Shown here piece after piece: positions 35,261 to 49,200 of a DNA stretch of 54,632 nt (positions are counted from its first letter, which is position 1; every line of letters begins with the position of its first letter). This DNA comes from Candidatus Subterrananammoxibius californiae (GTDB lineage Bacteria; Planctomycetota; Brocadiia; Brocadiales; Subterrananammoxibiaceae), in NCBI GenBank assembly GCA_030586555.1, contig JAURAC010000023.1:1-54632 (forward strand), in the 5' to 3' direction. The position numbers and the translations under genes are program-made. The notes beneath the pieces are model-generated. The model was not told the origin of the DNA. It searched no databases and saw only the letters and a list, made by a program, of their open reading frames with translations.

Positions 35261-36496
35261 ATGTACGAATCTAATTTTCGTGAACACCTCATTAAAGAGC
35301 TGAACAATATCGTAGAACAGAACGTTTACAAAAAAGAGGTGGTTCTTACCAAACCGCAAGGGGTTGTAACGGATGTCGTACTCGATGGTAATGTTTATAC
35401 TGAAGCGCTTAATTTTTGCGCCAATAATTATCTCGGATTAGCTAACGACCCTGAGTTGATAGAAGCGGCAAACTCAGGGCTAAGGCATTTTGGTTATGGC
35501 ATGGCATCGGTCAGATTTATTTGCGGGACATCCCAACTACACAAAAACCTTGAGAAAAAAATTGCTGAATTTTTGGGAACGGAAGATGCCATAACATATA
35601 CCTCGTGTTTTGATGCAAATGGAGGATTGTTTGAGAATCTTTTTACCGAGCAGGATGCAATCATCAGCGACCAACTGAACCATGCTTCTATAATAGATGG
35701 CGTGAGGCTTTGCAAGGCGCAGCGTTTCAGGTACAATCATTCTGATATGAAAGACCTTGAGGTAAGGTTAAACGAATGCGCAAATTGTCGCTTTAAAATT
35801 GTTGCTACCGATGGCGTGTTCTCAATGGATGGGGACATGGCTAATCTGAAGGGAATTTGTGATTTATCAGATAAGTATGGCGCACTGGTCATGGTTGATG
35901 ATTCACATGGGACTGGGGTTATTGGTAAAAACGGCAGGGGTTCGGCTGAATATTGTGGTGTTACAGGCAGGGTGGATATTATAACCTCTACGTTCGGCAA
36001 AGCCTTAGGTGGAGGGGTAGGCGGCTTTACAACGGGTCATAAGGAAATTATAGAATTTTTACGTCAGCGCTCTCGTCCTTATCTCTTTTCCAACGCCTTG
36101 CCGCCGCCCAATGCCTCAGCCGCCATTGAGGCTCTAAAGATTTTAGAAAGGCAATCCCCCTTGTCCCCCTTTAATAAAGGGGGGGTGGGGGGATTAAGAG
36201 AAAGACTTGAAGAAAACACAGCTTATTTCCGAAAGCGCATAAAAGAAACCGGATTCAAAATCAAAGAAGGGTTCCATCCAATTATCCCAATTATGCTTTA
36301 CGACCCTGCCGTAACGCAGAAGATGGCAAGAAGGCTTCTTGAGGAACGTGTCTTTGTTGTAGCCTTTAGTTTTCCAGTAGTGCCGAAGGGAGAAGACCGT
36401 ATTCGTATCCAAATTTCAGCCGCACATACTAAGGAACACCTTGATTTTGCTATAGAAAAATTTGAAAAGGTTGGTAAGGAGTTAAGGGTGATATAA
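35261..36496 (+). CDS. kbl: Glycine C-acetyltransferase (2-amino-3-ketobutyrate CoA ligase)
   Basis: NFCANNYLGL, SVRFICGT, DDSHG, TFGKALGG, RQRSRPYLFSN, RIRIQISAAH. Confidence 0.93.
   Translation: MYESNFREHLIKELNNIVEQNVYKKEVVLTKPQGVVTDVVLDGNVYTEALNFCANNYLGLANDPELIEAANSGLRHFGYGMASVRFICGTSQLHKNLEKKIAEFLGTEDAITYTSCFDANGGLFENLFTEQDAIISDQLNHASIIDGVRLCKAQRFRYNHSDMKDLEVRLNECANCRFKIVATDGVFSMDGDMANLKGICDLSDKYGALVMVDDSHGTGVIGKNGRGSAEYCGVTGRVDIITSTFGKALGGGVGGFTTGHKEIIEFLRQRSRPYLFSNALPPPNASAAIEALKILERQSPLSPFNKGGVGGLRERLEENTAYFRKRIKETGFKIKEGFHPIIPIMLYDPAVTQKMARRLLEERVFVVAFSFPVVPKGEDRIRIQISAAHTKEHLDFAIEKFEKVGKELRVI
36153..36195. repeat. C/G-tract palindrome in frame in kbl
   Basis: aatcccccttgtccccctttaataaagggggggtggggggatt encodes QSPLSPFNKGGVGGL; same family as the intergenic 8641-8696. 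Confidence 0.9.
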
Positions 36497-36512
36497 ACTT
36501 AAAATAAGGAGC

Positions 36513-36580
36513 GGTAGACAACAAGGTTTACCTCGTTGATTCCATCGTTGAGTCAACGGACATAAAGTCCGTTGTCTACC
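36513..36580. repeat. REP doublet of the GGTAGACAAC family
   Basis: ggtagacaacaaggtttacctcgttg ... caacggacataaagtccgttgtctacc. Confidence 0.88.
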
Positions 36581-36596
36581 TAAAAAGGAAGGAAAG

Positions 36597-39905
<3,309 letters not shown>

Positions 39906-40292
39906 TTAAATTCCTTTTAATACTTCTTTCGCTACCTTGATAATAAGGCTTAATGGGTCATTTTCGTGCCGCTCGATTAATTCAAGTACAGGTTGTCCTA
40001 ACCCCTTGCCTTTAACTATTTCTTTAAGGTCTTGCTTAATCTCCAAGATGGGTGCATGTGTTTTTGTCTTTTCTATGACGAGGTTTAGTTCCGCCATTCC
40101 TGCATCCTCTAATGCGTTCTTAAGCTTGCTAATAAGGATTTCTAAATCATCCTCCGCAACTAACTTCATCCTCGCACTAAGGTCTTTTCCTATTAATTTT
40201 TTGTTTATCATTTCGTCAATTTCCTTAAGCTTGCCCCTGTATATCCTTGCTTCGTTCTGCCAATTTTCAAGTTGTTCAACGGTAACCTTCAT
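39906..40292 (-). CDS. Hypothetical alpha-helical protein abutting bioA
   Basis: AGGAGA SD; the stop is directly adjacent to the bioA ATG. Confidence 0.7.
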   Translation of the reverse strand: MKVTVEQLENWQNEARIYRGKLKEIDEMINKKLIGKDLSARMKLVAEDDLEILISKLKNALEDAGMAELNLVIEKTKTHAPILEIKQDLKEIVKGKGLGQPVLELIERHENDPLSLIIKVAKEVLKGI

Positions 40293-40438
40293 GTCGCATT
40301 CTCCTATTAATGTTTATTTATGAGTGATTTTACTTGACAAAGACAGCATACTTTGGCATATAATCACCTATTAACATACGAAGAAGAGGTAACTTCTTCT
40401 TAGGGGGATAGAAATTTGCGGAAAGGGGGTAATGGAGC

Positions 40439-41248
40439 ATGATAATCGGTGTCGTAAATAATAAGGGTGGTGTGGGAAAAACAACGACAAGTATAAATTT
40501 GTCAAGTTGTCTGGCTATAAATAAAAAGCACGTGTTATTAGTAGACATAGACCCTCAGGCCCAATCAACCCATGGGCTTGGGATAGCAATCAATGGCCAT
40601 CATCTCTCGCTTAAGGACGTCCTTCTGGCAAAGACGGAGCAACTCTACACCCTATTTAGTCAGAAGAATATAAAGGACATTATTGTTTCATCACAAAGAG
40701 AGGGTTTGGATGTTGCCCCTGCAGATGCAAAACTAACACAGGTTATAGAGAAACTTTATCGTTCATATTGGTTTTTCAGGGAAACAATCCTGGCTAAATG
40801 TCTTGAGCCTGTTAAACCAGAGTATGATTACATAGTGATTGATTGTCCACCGGGGCTCGGCGTACTGTCGTTAAACGCAATCAAAGCCAGCGACTTTATT
40901 TTAATTCCGTGCGAAATGTCTATGGCTTCAATAGAAGGGGTTACAACACTCCTTGAGGCCGTTTCTACCATGAAGGGAAACGGCTTCACCAATTATAAGA
41001 TTGTATTAACGTTGGTCAACCCACAGTGCTCAATCACCAACCGCCATGTTATGGAACTACTTCTGCCGTTTAAGGAAAAGATACTTAAAACACAGATTGT
41101 GCGTAACGAACACATCAATCAAGCTCAGATGGAAAGAAAGGATATTTTCACCTTTGCGCCGGACTCAAAAGGCGCCGAAGGCTACTCACAACTTACCAGA
41201 GAGTTACTTCATTTATGGCACATTGGCGAAAGAAAGGGTTCTAATTAA
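40439..41248 (+). CDS. ParA/Soj family ATPase (no parB nearby)
   Basis: NNKGGVGKTT, DIDPQ, IDCPPGLG. Confidence 0.9.
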   Translation: MIIGVVNNKGGVGKTTTSINLSSCLAINKKHVLLVDIDPQAQSTHGLGIAINGHHLSLKDVLLAKTEQLYTLFSQKNIKDIIVSSQREGLDVAPADAKLTQVIEKLYRSYWFFRETILAKCLEPVKPEYDYIVIDCPPGLGVLSLNAIKASDFILIPCEMSMASIEGVTTLLEAVSTMKGNGFTNYKIVLTLVNPQCSITNRHVMELLLPFKEKILKTQIVRNEHINQAQMERKDIFTFAPDSKGAEGYSQLTRELLHLWHIGERKGSN

Positions 41249-41346
41249 GAGAAATTATATAAAGTTATCAAAAAACAATACAAACTTACCTTTTTTGAAA
41301 AAACCTAAATAGAAAATTAAAAGGAATATTATTACGAGTCGAAGGC

Positions 41347-41433
41347 GTGGTAGACAACGAGGTTTTACCTCGTTGATGTTGTTTGCCTTCGCAAATCTTC
41401 GACCCAACGAACCTATAGTTCGTTGTCTACCAC
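41347..41433. repeat. REP doublet of the GGTAGACAAC family
   Basis: gtggtagacaacgaggttttacctcgttg ... caacgaacctatagttcgttgtctaccac. Confidence 0.88.
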
Positions 41434-41536
41434 AGCATGACACCTTGTGTCAATTTTAATTTTCCATTTAGATATTTATTGGTTTCTAAATATACCACAC
41501 CTGTCAACTTTTTCAAGGCATTTCTGGTGTTATGCA

Positions 41537-44500
41537 TCAAGTAACGGTTGTCCTTCGCTCCTTTGTCAGGATTTCTTTAAATATTTTTCTTGCTATTGTC
41601 GTATGGATGTCATTCTCGGCAAGCAGAATGCCTGATGGAGGAATGCCGCCTTCTTTGCTGGTATAACCAAGCCTCTTTGCAAGTTTATCGAGGTCCTCCT
41701 GCGAATCTGGCAGTCTGTCGTATGATATACCGTGAACAATGCGCAGACGGCTTTCTACCTTTCTTAAGAATTCGTACGCTGCTATTAAGTGGAGATAATG
41801 TCGGGCTTCCAGCAGGTTTCGATTGTATAATCTATGCAGCGCCTCGAGGGTATTTGTAGTTCGAATGTCGGGGCGGTTTCTTCCGTATTTTAATTGTAAA
41901 AGCTGGACGGTGAATTCAATATCCACGATGCCTCCCAGACCGCGCTTAATATCTTTCCCAACGGCAGCCTGCTCCAGCCTTTCCCGCATTTCTTCTATTT
42001 CATCAGCCATATTGCGTAACCACTCACGGTCATAAACGCAGTTTTCGATAAGTTGAGATAGTTCTTTACCAAACCATTCGTCACCGGTTATCCATCGTGC
42101 CTTTGTCAATGCCTGGCGTTCCCAGAGTTGGGCTTCCGTACCGCCATAATATCTTTTAAAATTCTCAAGCGAGGTAACTAAGATGCCGCTTTCACCGGTT
42201 GGCCTGAGCCTGGGGTCTATTTTGTAAAGCGTACCCCATTCAGTCATTTCCCCGAGCAGCTTCATTAACCTTTGTGATAGTTCAGCAAAGTACAATTGGT
42301 TTGCTGAACGTGCAGGTGCATCCCCATCGTCTTTATACACAAAGATTACGTCAAGGTCCGAACTGTAATTTATTTCCCTTCCACCAAGTTTTCCAAGGGC
42401 GACAATGGCGAACTTTGGCAAGGTGCCTCCCCACCTCCCCTCCCCCTCTGAGGGGGAAGGAAGGGTAGGGGCACGTTCGCCGCGTTCCATCTCTTTCTGA
42501 CATACTGAAAATACGTTTATAAGTATTGCTTCGGCAAGTCCTGAGAGTTCCTCCATAGTTGTTTGAATAGTCGTTTTCCCCACAATGTCTCTTACCCCGA
42601 TGCGCAGCAGTTCCTGGTTTTTATATTCGTGCAGCGTACGTATCTTGTTAGAACTGGTCTTAAGCAGCGAGCCAAGCTCACCTATCATCTGTTTGGTATC
42701 CTTATGTTCACCGATAACCAGGGAATCAATAAGCTGGTCTAACATGCCGGGGCTCTTTATGAGGATATTCGATAAGAACTGGCTCCAGGCGCAGAGGTCA
42801 ACGAATATCTCCAATGCTTGAGGATTTTCAGAAAGCATCTGGAAGAATACCGCCTTTGCGCCAACAGAGGCAGTGCATCTTTCAAGGTTGTTCAGCGCCA
42901 TATCAGGGTCGGGAGCGCTGGAAACCTTGCGGAGCAGTAAAGGCGCAATATTTGCAAGGCATTCTCTTGTACGCGGAGATGGTGGAAAGGGAGTGGATTC
43001 AACAACAAGAAGGTCTATGTTACGGTGCGCCTTGCGCACATCCTTGAAATTGTATTTTCGCAAGGCATTTTCTATTTCTTCATCTCGGTGTTCTGGGTCA
43101 AGGATAAGGTCTACTTCGGCGCTTGATACGCTTGCTTCCTCGCCAAAGATGTTATGAAACCTCTTTTCGAGGATGCTTCTTGCTGCCCGCGTGTGTTTAT
43201 TATATTCATCCCGAAACTTTTGCAGTGCGGAGCTTCCTTCTGTATCCACAAAGCCGAGCCTCAGTGCCAGCTTTCTTTGCTCTTCATCACTTTCAGAAAA
43301 TTTGTGTACCTGAAGTTCGTGCATGGTCTGAAGGCGATGCTCAACCTTGCGCATGAATATGTAGCTTTCCTCAAGGATGTTTCGTTCCGCAGGTTCAATA
43401 CATTTTGCCTCCTCAAGAAGCCTCAGGGCATGGAGCGTATTGTAATGCCGTATCCTCGGGTATTGTCCACCGTAGAATAGCTGTAGAAACTGCACGGTAA
43501 ATTCAACATCCCTTATGCCCCCATAGCCAGATTTGACTTCTACATACGTCTCCCCTCTTCTGTCAACAACCTTTTCAATCCGTCTTTTAAGACGCTTTAT
43601 ATCATTTATCTCAGATACCGTGAGAAATTTTCTATAAACGAATGGGGCAACCGTGTTGGTGAAAACTTCCCCTAAATAAACGTTTCCAGCAACTGGACGA
43701 GCCTTTATTAATGCCTGCCTTTCCCATGTTTCACCATAACTTAAGTAATGATTTTCGTAACTCGTGATGGAACGTGCCAGTGGACCCGCTTCCCCTTCGG
43801 GACGTAACCGTGTATCAACACGAAAAACATGCCCTTCCTCTGTATTCATGTTAAGAATCTTTACAACGAGTTCGGCAAGTTTGTTGTAGAATTGGTGCAT
43901 GTCCGCCTTAGGCGGATTTGTTTCTTCGGCGCCTTCCGGCGAATGTACAAATGTGATGTCAATGTCTGAGCTGTAGTTTAGCTCCGCGCCGCCAAGTTTA
44001 CCGAGTGCGACTATGCAAAAACCTAATAAATCCACGTTCTTTTCCGCCAATCCATATTTCTCTCTTATTTCTTCGTATGCTATTTTAAGCGCAGCCTCTA
44101 TTTCCACATCAGCAAGGTCCGATATGCTTCTGGTGATTGTTTCAAGGTCTTCGTTCATAATGAGGTCAAGATAGCCGATACGAAGCAGTTCTTTTCTTTT
44201 GAATCTACGAAGGGCATTAATCTTTCTATCGAATGTATGGAGCATGTCCAGGTTATTGAATAATTCCTCTGCAAGAGCGTCTTTTGGTCGGAGCTTTTCT
44301 TCGTGGCTTGAATTTCTTAGCCAGTCAAAATATTCTGGATTGCGAATTAGAATATCTGAAAAGTACTGGCTGAAGCTGAATAACTGTACTGCGATTGGGA
44401 TTGATGCAGGGTCCTCTTCAAGAAATGAATACAAGGCTATTTTACTGTGCGATGCCATGGCGAATCGCTCAAAGTTGTTTAGACCCATATCAGGGTCAGG

Positions 44501-44701
44501 GGAGTGAGACAGGGCTTCAATAAGGAATGGTAGAATTCTAACAAAAGCCTCTCGCACAGGAGCCTCATGTCCTGCCATTAAGCGTATATTTTTCTGCGCC
44601 AATCTTACATTCTGAAAGCCATATCCTCTCAGGACGGATGTGGCAACATCGTCACTCAGATTGGACGCAAATAATAGGTCCTTTAAATCAGACGAATTCA
44701 T
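41537..44701 (-). CDS. glnE: Bifunctional glutamine synthetase adenylyltransferase/deadenylase
   Basis: Two NTase domains (ALGKLGG.E.NYSSD.D), D.RLRP.G, WERQAL.KAR, GGI.D.EF. Confidence 0.95.
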   Translation of the reverse strand: MNSSDLKDLLFASNLSDDVATSVLRGYGFQNVRLAQKNIRLMAGHEAPVREAFVRILPFLIEALSHSPDPDMGLNNFERFAMASHSKIALYSFLEEDPASIPIAVQLFSFSQYFSDILIRNPEYFDWLRNSSHEEKLRPKDALAEELFNNLDMLHTFDRKINALRRFKRKELLRIGYLDLIMNEDLETITRSISDLADVEIEAALKIAYEEIREKYGLAEKNVDLLGFCIVALGKLGGAELNYSSDIDITFVHSPEGAEETNPPKADMHQFYNKLAELVVKILNMNTEEGHVFRVDTRLRPEGEAGPLARSITSYENHYLSYGETWERQALIKARPVAGNVYLGEVFTNTVAPFVYRKFLTVSEINDIKRLKRRIEKVVDRRGETYVEVKSGYGGIRDVEFTVQFLQLFYGGQYPRIRHYNTLHALRLLEEAKCIEPAERNILEESYIFMRKVEHRLQTMHELQVHKFSESDEEQRKLALRLGFVDTEGSSALQKFRDEYNKHTRAARSILEKRFHNIFGEEASVSSAEVDLILDPEHRDEEIENALRKYNFKDVRKAHRNIDLLVVESTPFPPSPRTRECLANIAPLLLRKVSSAPDPDMALNNLERCTASVGAKAVFFQMLSENPQALEIFVDLCAWSQFLSNILIKSPGMLDQLIDSLVIGEHKDTKQMIGELGSLLKTSSNKIRTLHEYKNQELLRIGVRDIVGKTTIQTTMEELSGLAEAILINVFSVCQKEMERGERAPTLPSPSEGEGRWGGTLPKFAIVALGKLGGREINYSSDLDVIFVYKDDGDAPARSANQLYFAELSQRLMKLLGEMTEWGTLYKIDPRLRPTGESGILVTSLENFKRYYGGTEAQLWERQALTKARWITGDEWFGKELSQLIENCVYDREWLRNMADEIEEMRERLEQAAVGKDIKRGLGGIVDIEFTVQLLQLKYGRNRPDIRTTNTLEALHRLYNRNLLEARHYLHLIAAYEFLRKVESRLRIVHGISYDRLPDSQEDLDKLAKRLGYTSKEGGIPPSGILLAENDIHTTIARKIFKEILTKERRTTVT
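42429..42490. repeat. Fused C/G-tract element and degenerate GTAG-REP, in frame in glnE
   Basis: ccccacctcccctccccctctgagggggaaggaagg-gtaggggcacgttcgccgcgttcc encodes ERGERAPTLPSPSEGEGRWG. Confidence 0.8.
43902..43916. repeat. 15-bp mini-palindrome in frame in glnE
   Basis: tccgccttaggcgga lies within codons for NPPKAD on the minus strand. Confidence 0.7.
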
Positions 44702-44743
44702 AGAAATTAGACCCTCATGGGCGAATATGGTCTTGTATCGGTA

Positions 44744-45835
44744 TTATTTACCAACAGTGCCTTCTATTAATATATCGTTGCCGAATCTCGATATTAAAAT
44801 ATCCTCAAGGCGAAGCGAGTCCGTTATCCTCTCGACGCCAACGCCCAAAACAGGCGTCTTTGCCCCTGCGCCACCAACGATGTGCGGGGCAATAAAGACC
44901 ATTACCCTATCTACAAGTTTTTTGTCGAAGAACGTTCCCAGTAGCGTGCCGCCGCCCTCTATTAACACGTTAGTAAAATTCATCATTCCCAGGGCTTGAA
45001 TGAGTGATAATATATCAACCCCTTCAGGGCTACTCTTTAATTCAATTATCTTGCATCCAGCGGTTTCCAGTTTCATTATATGTTCTGTTGGTGCTGCCGA
45101 AGTCGTTGCAACGAATACATCTGCATCCTTCACAGTTTGTACCAATCGAGAATGGAGAGGCAATTCTGCCCTTCCGTCCACAACAATCCTTTTAGGGTTT
45201 CTTCCGCCTTTTATTCGGCAGGTTAGGAGTGGGTCGTCTCTTAGAACGGTTCTAATTCCTACCACAACCGCATCAACCATCGCCCTTTTTTTGTGGACAT
45301 ATTGTCGGGATTCTTCTGAAGATATCCACCTTGAATCACCCGTACGGGTAGCAATCTTCCCATCCAATGTCATTGCCCATTTGGCAATAACGTAGGGCGT
45401 CTTGGTCGTTATGAGCTTAAAGAATGGCGCATTAAGCTTTTTGGCTGGTTCCTCAAGTACTCTTTCTACAACCTCTATACCCACCTCTCTCAGCAGTTTG
45501 ATGCCTTTTCCATTGTTTACTGGATTTGGGTCTGTGGTTGCAACTACAACCCTCTTAATACCAGAGGACTTTATTGCATCTACGCATGGGGGGGTCTTCC
45601 CGAAATGGGTGCATGGCTCAAGGGTTACATAAAGGGTTGCGCCCCTGCATCTATCTCCGGCGGCTATAATAGCGTTAACCTCCGCATGCGGACCCCCAAA
45701 ATATTCATGATAACTCTGGCTTACAATCTCACCGTTATTTACAATAACGGCTCCAACCACAGGATTGGGTTCTACACGCCCTCGCCCTTCCTCGGCCAAG
45801 TCAAGGGCAATCCTCATAAAATTTTCATCTACCAT
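44744..45835 (-). CDS. ribD: Riboflavin biosynthesis deaminase/reductase
   Basis: PNPVVGAV, HAE, TLEPC..TPPC, TLDGKIAT, IEGGG. Confidence 0.95.
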   Translation of the reverse strand: MVDENFMRIALDLAEEGRGRVEPNPVVGAVIVNNGEIVSQSYHEYFGGPHAEVNAIIAAGDRCRGATLYVTLEPCTHFGKTPPCVDAIKSSGIKRVVVATTDPNPVNNGKGIKLLREVGIEVVERVLEEPAKKLNAPFFKLITTKTPYVIAKWAMTLDGKIATRTGDSRWISSEESRQYVHKKRAMVDAVVVGIRTVLRDDPLLTCRIKGGRNPKRIVVDGRAELPLHSRLVQTVKDADVFVATTSAAPTEHIMKLETAGCKIIELKSSPEGVDILSLIQALGMMNFTNVLIEGGGTLLGTFFDKKLVDRVMVFIAPHIVGGAGAKTPVLGVGVERITDSLRLEDILISRFGNDILIEGTVGK

Positions 45836-45843
45836 AATTATAA

Positions 45844-46452
45844 TCAAAAACGCAAAAGACGAATCATTAATAACTGAATTACACCAATAAGAAACCCAAT
45901 AATCGCCCCGATAATTTTGACGTATCTTAGCTCTCTTGCCGAGATGCTTAAAACGATTTCCTCTATTCTGGACATCTCGTATGCCTCGAGCTTGGAAACG
46001 ACTGCTTCCTTTAAATCGAGTTTATTCTCCAACTCTAATGTCAGCCCTTCAGCAAGTTCTGGTATAAATCGCATGATTTCGTCTGTGATTTTTTCTTTAA
46101 ATTTTACAATAGCGCCGTACGGCAGAAAAGATGTCAAAAGAGGACTGGTGAATGTCAAACGTCTTTCTATAAAATTGTCCACCGCATCCTTTATTGCAGC
46201 CTTGAACGATTCAAGATGCTTTCCATCCGTTAAAATTTCTTTTATATCATTATGAAACTCAAACTCCTTTTGCACAGTGTGTCCAATAGCGTGTGCAAGC
46301 TCTGTTCTTCTTTTTGGAAAGACTCCCTGTATCTTGAAGCCAAATATTTTTATCGGATTTCTGGGCCTGAAGAGCATCCTTAGCGCTATGCGATTAGCCA
46401 TCCAACCGATTATTGCCCCTATTATAGGTAGCGAAAACAATTTGTAATCCAT
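45844..46452 (-). CDS. DUF445 (YheB-like) membrane protein
   Basis: IGAIIGWMANRIALRMLFRP, QGVFPKRR, ELRYVKIIGAIIGFLIG. Confidence 0.8.
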   Translation of the reverse strand: MDYKLFSLPIIGAIIGWMANRIALRMLFRPRNPIKIFGFKIQGVFPKRRTELAHAIGHTVQKEFEFHNDIKEILTDGKHLESFKAAIKDAVDNFIERRLTFTSPLLTSFLPYGAIVKFKEKITDEIMRFIPELAEGLTLELENKLDLKEAVVSKLEAYEMSRIEEIVLSISARELRYVKIIGAIIGFLIGVIQLLMIRLLRF

Positions 46453-46453
46453 T

Positions 46454-47740
46454 TTACCGCAATGCCTTTAACCTTCCCAACTCTTCAAAGAAGGATGGAA
46501 AGGTCTTTGAAACACAGCCCGGGTCTTTAATCTTTATGCCACCGGTTCTGAGCCCTATAAGGGAAAAGCTCATTGCCATTCGGTGGTCGCCGTAGGTTTC
46601 AATTATACCAGGTTTAGGCTCTGAACGCTCAATCTCAAAGCCATCCTCAAATTCTTTTACCGTTACCCCAAGCTTTTGCATCTCTGTTACCACGCCGGAG
46701 ATGCGGTCTGTCTCTTTAATACGCAGTGTTCTTACATTTCTTACTCTGGTTTTACCATCTGCAAATACAGCCACGGCAGCCAGCGTTTGTGCAATATCGG
46801 GGGTATCCTTAAGGTCAACATCAATCCCGCGTAGTTCTCCTCCTTGAATCTCTATCCAGTGGTCGTCACTGCTTACAATGCATCCCATTTGTTCAAGAAT
46901 ATCTGCAATACGAACGTCGCCCTGTAATGAATCTTTATTAAGCCCTTCAACCCGCACCCTTCCACCAGCTATAGCCGCAGCAGCGAGAAAATAGGAAGCG
47001 CTTGAGGCATCGGCTTCGACCTCATACTCTATAGCCTTGTATTTCTGATTAGCACTAATAAGGAACTCCTTATAGAGCATGTTTTCAACCTCGACGCCAA
47101 ATTGGTTCATAAGATTTATTGTCATATCTATGTACGGTTTTGAAACAAGGTCTCCAATTACGGTTAATTGAGTGCTCGTTCTCGAATAAGGAGCGGTTAA
47201 AAGGATTGCGCTGAAGTATTGACTGCTTAAATTCCCCTTCATCTTTGTGCGCCCACCGACAAGTACCTTTGGTTTGATTAATACAGGTGGGCATCCATTA
47301 TTATACTTTGACGATACGTCTGCTCCCAGCCGATTGAGACAATCTATTAAATCTTGAACAGGCCTATTTCGCATTCGTTCCACACCGTCAATCTCATAGG
47401 TGCCTTTGGCGAGCGTAAGGAGCGCCGTCAGGAAGCGCATAGCCGTCCCTGCATTTCCCACAAAGAGTTTTGCCTCCTTGACGGGAAAGTGACCGCCGAG
47501 ACCATGAACAACAAACGCATTTTCCTTCAGGTGTTCTTCGATGGAAATGCCCAGTTTGTTAAGGGCTGTAGCCATGTATTGAGTATCATCGCTAAAGAGT
47601 GCATTTTTAATGGTAGATTTCCCATCGGCAAGCGCCGCCGTAATGAGCGCACGATTTGTATAGCTCTTAGAACCGGGGACCCTCACCACGGCATCGAGCT
47701 CTCTAACGGGTTTAATTTCTATTGTAGACTCCACATTCAC
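46454..47740 (-). CDS. aroA: 3-phosphoshikimate 1-carboxyvinyltransferase
   Basis: PGSKSYTNR, GNAGTAMR, SSQYFS, RIKETDRI, DHRMAM, SKTFP. Confidence 0.96.
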   Translation of the reverse strand: MNVESTIEIKPVRELDAVVRVPGSKSYTNRALITAALADGKSTIKNALFSDDTQYMATALNKLGISIEEHLKENAFVVHGLGGHFPVKEAKLFVGNAGTAMRFLTALLTLAKGTYEIDGVERMRNRPVQDLIDCLNRLGADVSSKYNNGCPPVLIKPKVLVGGRTKMKGNLSSQYFSAILLTAPYSRTSTQLTVIGDLVSKPYIDMTINLMNQFGVEVENMLYKEFLISANQKYKAIEYEVEADASSASYFLAAAAIAGGRVRVEGLNKDSLQGDVRIADILEQMGCIVSSDDHWIEIQGGELRGIDVDLKDTPDIAQTLAAVAVFADGKTRVRNVRTLRIKETDRISGVVTEMQKLGVTVKEFEDGFEIERSEPKPGIIETYGDHRMAMSFSLIGLRTGGIKIKDPGCVSKTFPSFFEELGRLKALR

Positions 47741-48867
47741 TGGATTAATTCCTTGTAAAAACCAACCGTGCTTTCAGAGGTGCCCTGACAGAGGTAAATG
47801 CCTAAGTGTTCGTATCCGCCAATTTCCTGGGTGTAAGGCAGAACCTCAATATACATGCCGCCTATTTCGCCTGTGTGGAATACAAGATTATATGCAATCT
47901 CACGACCTAATCCTGGCATAAGTTCTATTATAGCATTTGTAACATCATGCAAAGCTTCACCAAGACAGAATAGTTCTTCCTGAGTCAAATCGTGAATGTA
48001 CGATTTAGATATGTCTGCTACAATTATTAAGGCATCGAGCGGCCGTTTCATGAAATACGGCACAAGTAATATTATGCCTTTGTTATACGTCTTAATAGTA
48101 AGGTTTTTTGGGTTTTGCGTCAACATGTACTGAGCAAAGGATAAATTCTAATCCTTCATGAAGCGCTGGTCATCCTCAATCTTTCGAGGCTTTATATTAG
48201 TATGTATTATCTGATGATGCCCGTGCATAACTGAACCACCTACAAGGCGACCCATGTTCTTTATTATTCCAACATAACCGCAATGGTCTTGTCCAGTCGG
48301 TGGCATTTTTGAATCAGGCTCGTGCAGTAATTTTTCCTCAAATATCGCAAGGCGCTTCATAACAATATGAATATCGTTTAAATCCATATTATGAAAATCG
48401 CTTTCATGCACATTACTGGGCCATTGTAAAAAATGTGCGCCGACAGCCTTATAGCCCGAAACAGATAATGGAGGAAAAGAAATATCCGTTGGTGTACTGT
48501 TGGTTTCCGGGTATAAAACAGGGAATAGATTCTTGTTGATAAATGTGTAACCCTCGCTTGTTTCTGCCATGTCAATGATGCTTGTGGTTTTACCAGTACA
48601 TACAATGCATGAGGACATGCTGGCATTTACGGACGACTTCCATCTGGTGTCTACCGTTGTGCCTGTATCGTGAGGTCGCTTTGCGCGTGCCTCAGAATAT
48701 ATTATACGGTCATTGGTACGGGGGTCAATCTGGCATATTCCTACGGGCTTGTTTTTTTCGATGCCCTTATCGGATAGTAAATTTTGTATAATATCGTTAT
48801 AAGATATGTTTGAAATATCCTCAAAATCAACAGGACACAACACCTTGCCCTTCTTAATCGTACGCAT
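47737..48867 (-). pseudogene. GalT/HIT-like nucleotidyltransferase interrupted by one in-frame TAG at 48148-48150
   Basis: ORFs 48148-48867 and 47737-48126 share a frame; RAKRP, CIVC, NLFP, GGSVMHGHHQ (compare GalT GASxxHPHxQ), YN..FH..EVLP..GGYE.LG. Confidence 0.65.
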
Positions 48868-49200
48868 AACTTGAATTATAGCTTAAGCAAATTTCTACAT
48901 CAAGGGCAAAAGGTGAGAGGTTTTAGGCAGAATCTACGAAAAGGGTCCCAAACGTTCGGGTATCTTTTATAAATATTTAATAAACATGGAAGGTTTGAAT
49001 GAAATTAGAGGTATGTTAAAGGCGTGATAAAAATACGTCAATAATAAAGTAACTTCACATCCCACCCGGCACTCCGCCTGTGTTGGATGCTCGACTCCAC
49101 CAGTGGGGCATATAATTTTCGTCAAAGTACAGAAAATATATATACAATTAAGGCTTTCACCCAACTGTTACCGAAACCTACTGCAAGATTTAAATCATAT

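Noticed and set aside
35261..36496. Possible bioF because it lies near bioD and bioA
   Set aside because: SVRFICGT, RSRPYLFS and adjacency to tdh identify Kbl, and it is on the opposite strand from the bio genes.
48148..48150. Genome-wide TAG recoding or pyrrolysine
   Set aside because: Several conserved genes here (mutS, hemC, hisF, tldD) end at TAG at their expected lengths, and no pyl genes are in the window.
49060..49110. GC-rich patch with gctcgactcc resembling a tRNA T-arm or att site
   Set aside because: I could not build a cloverleaf, find a CCA end or find a second copy; no integrase is nearby.
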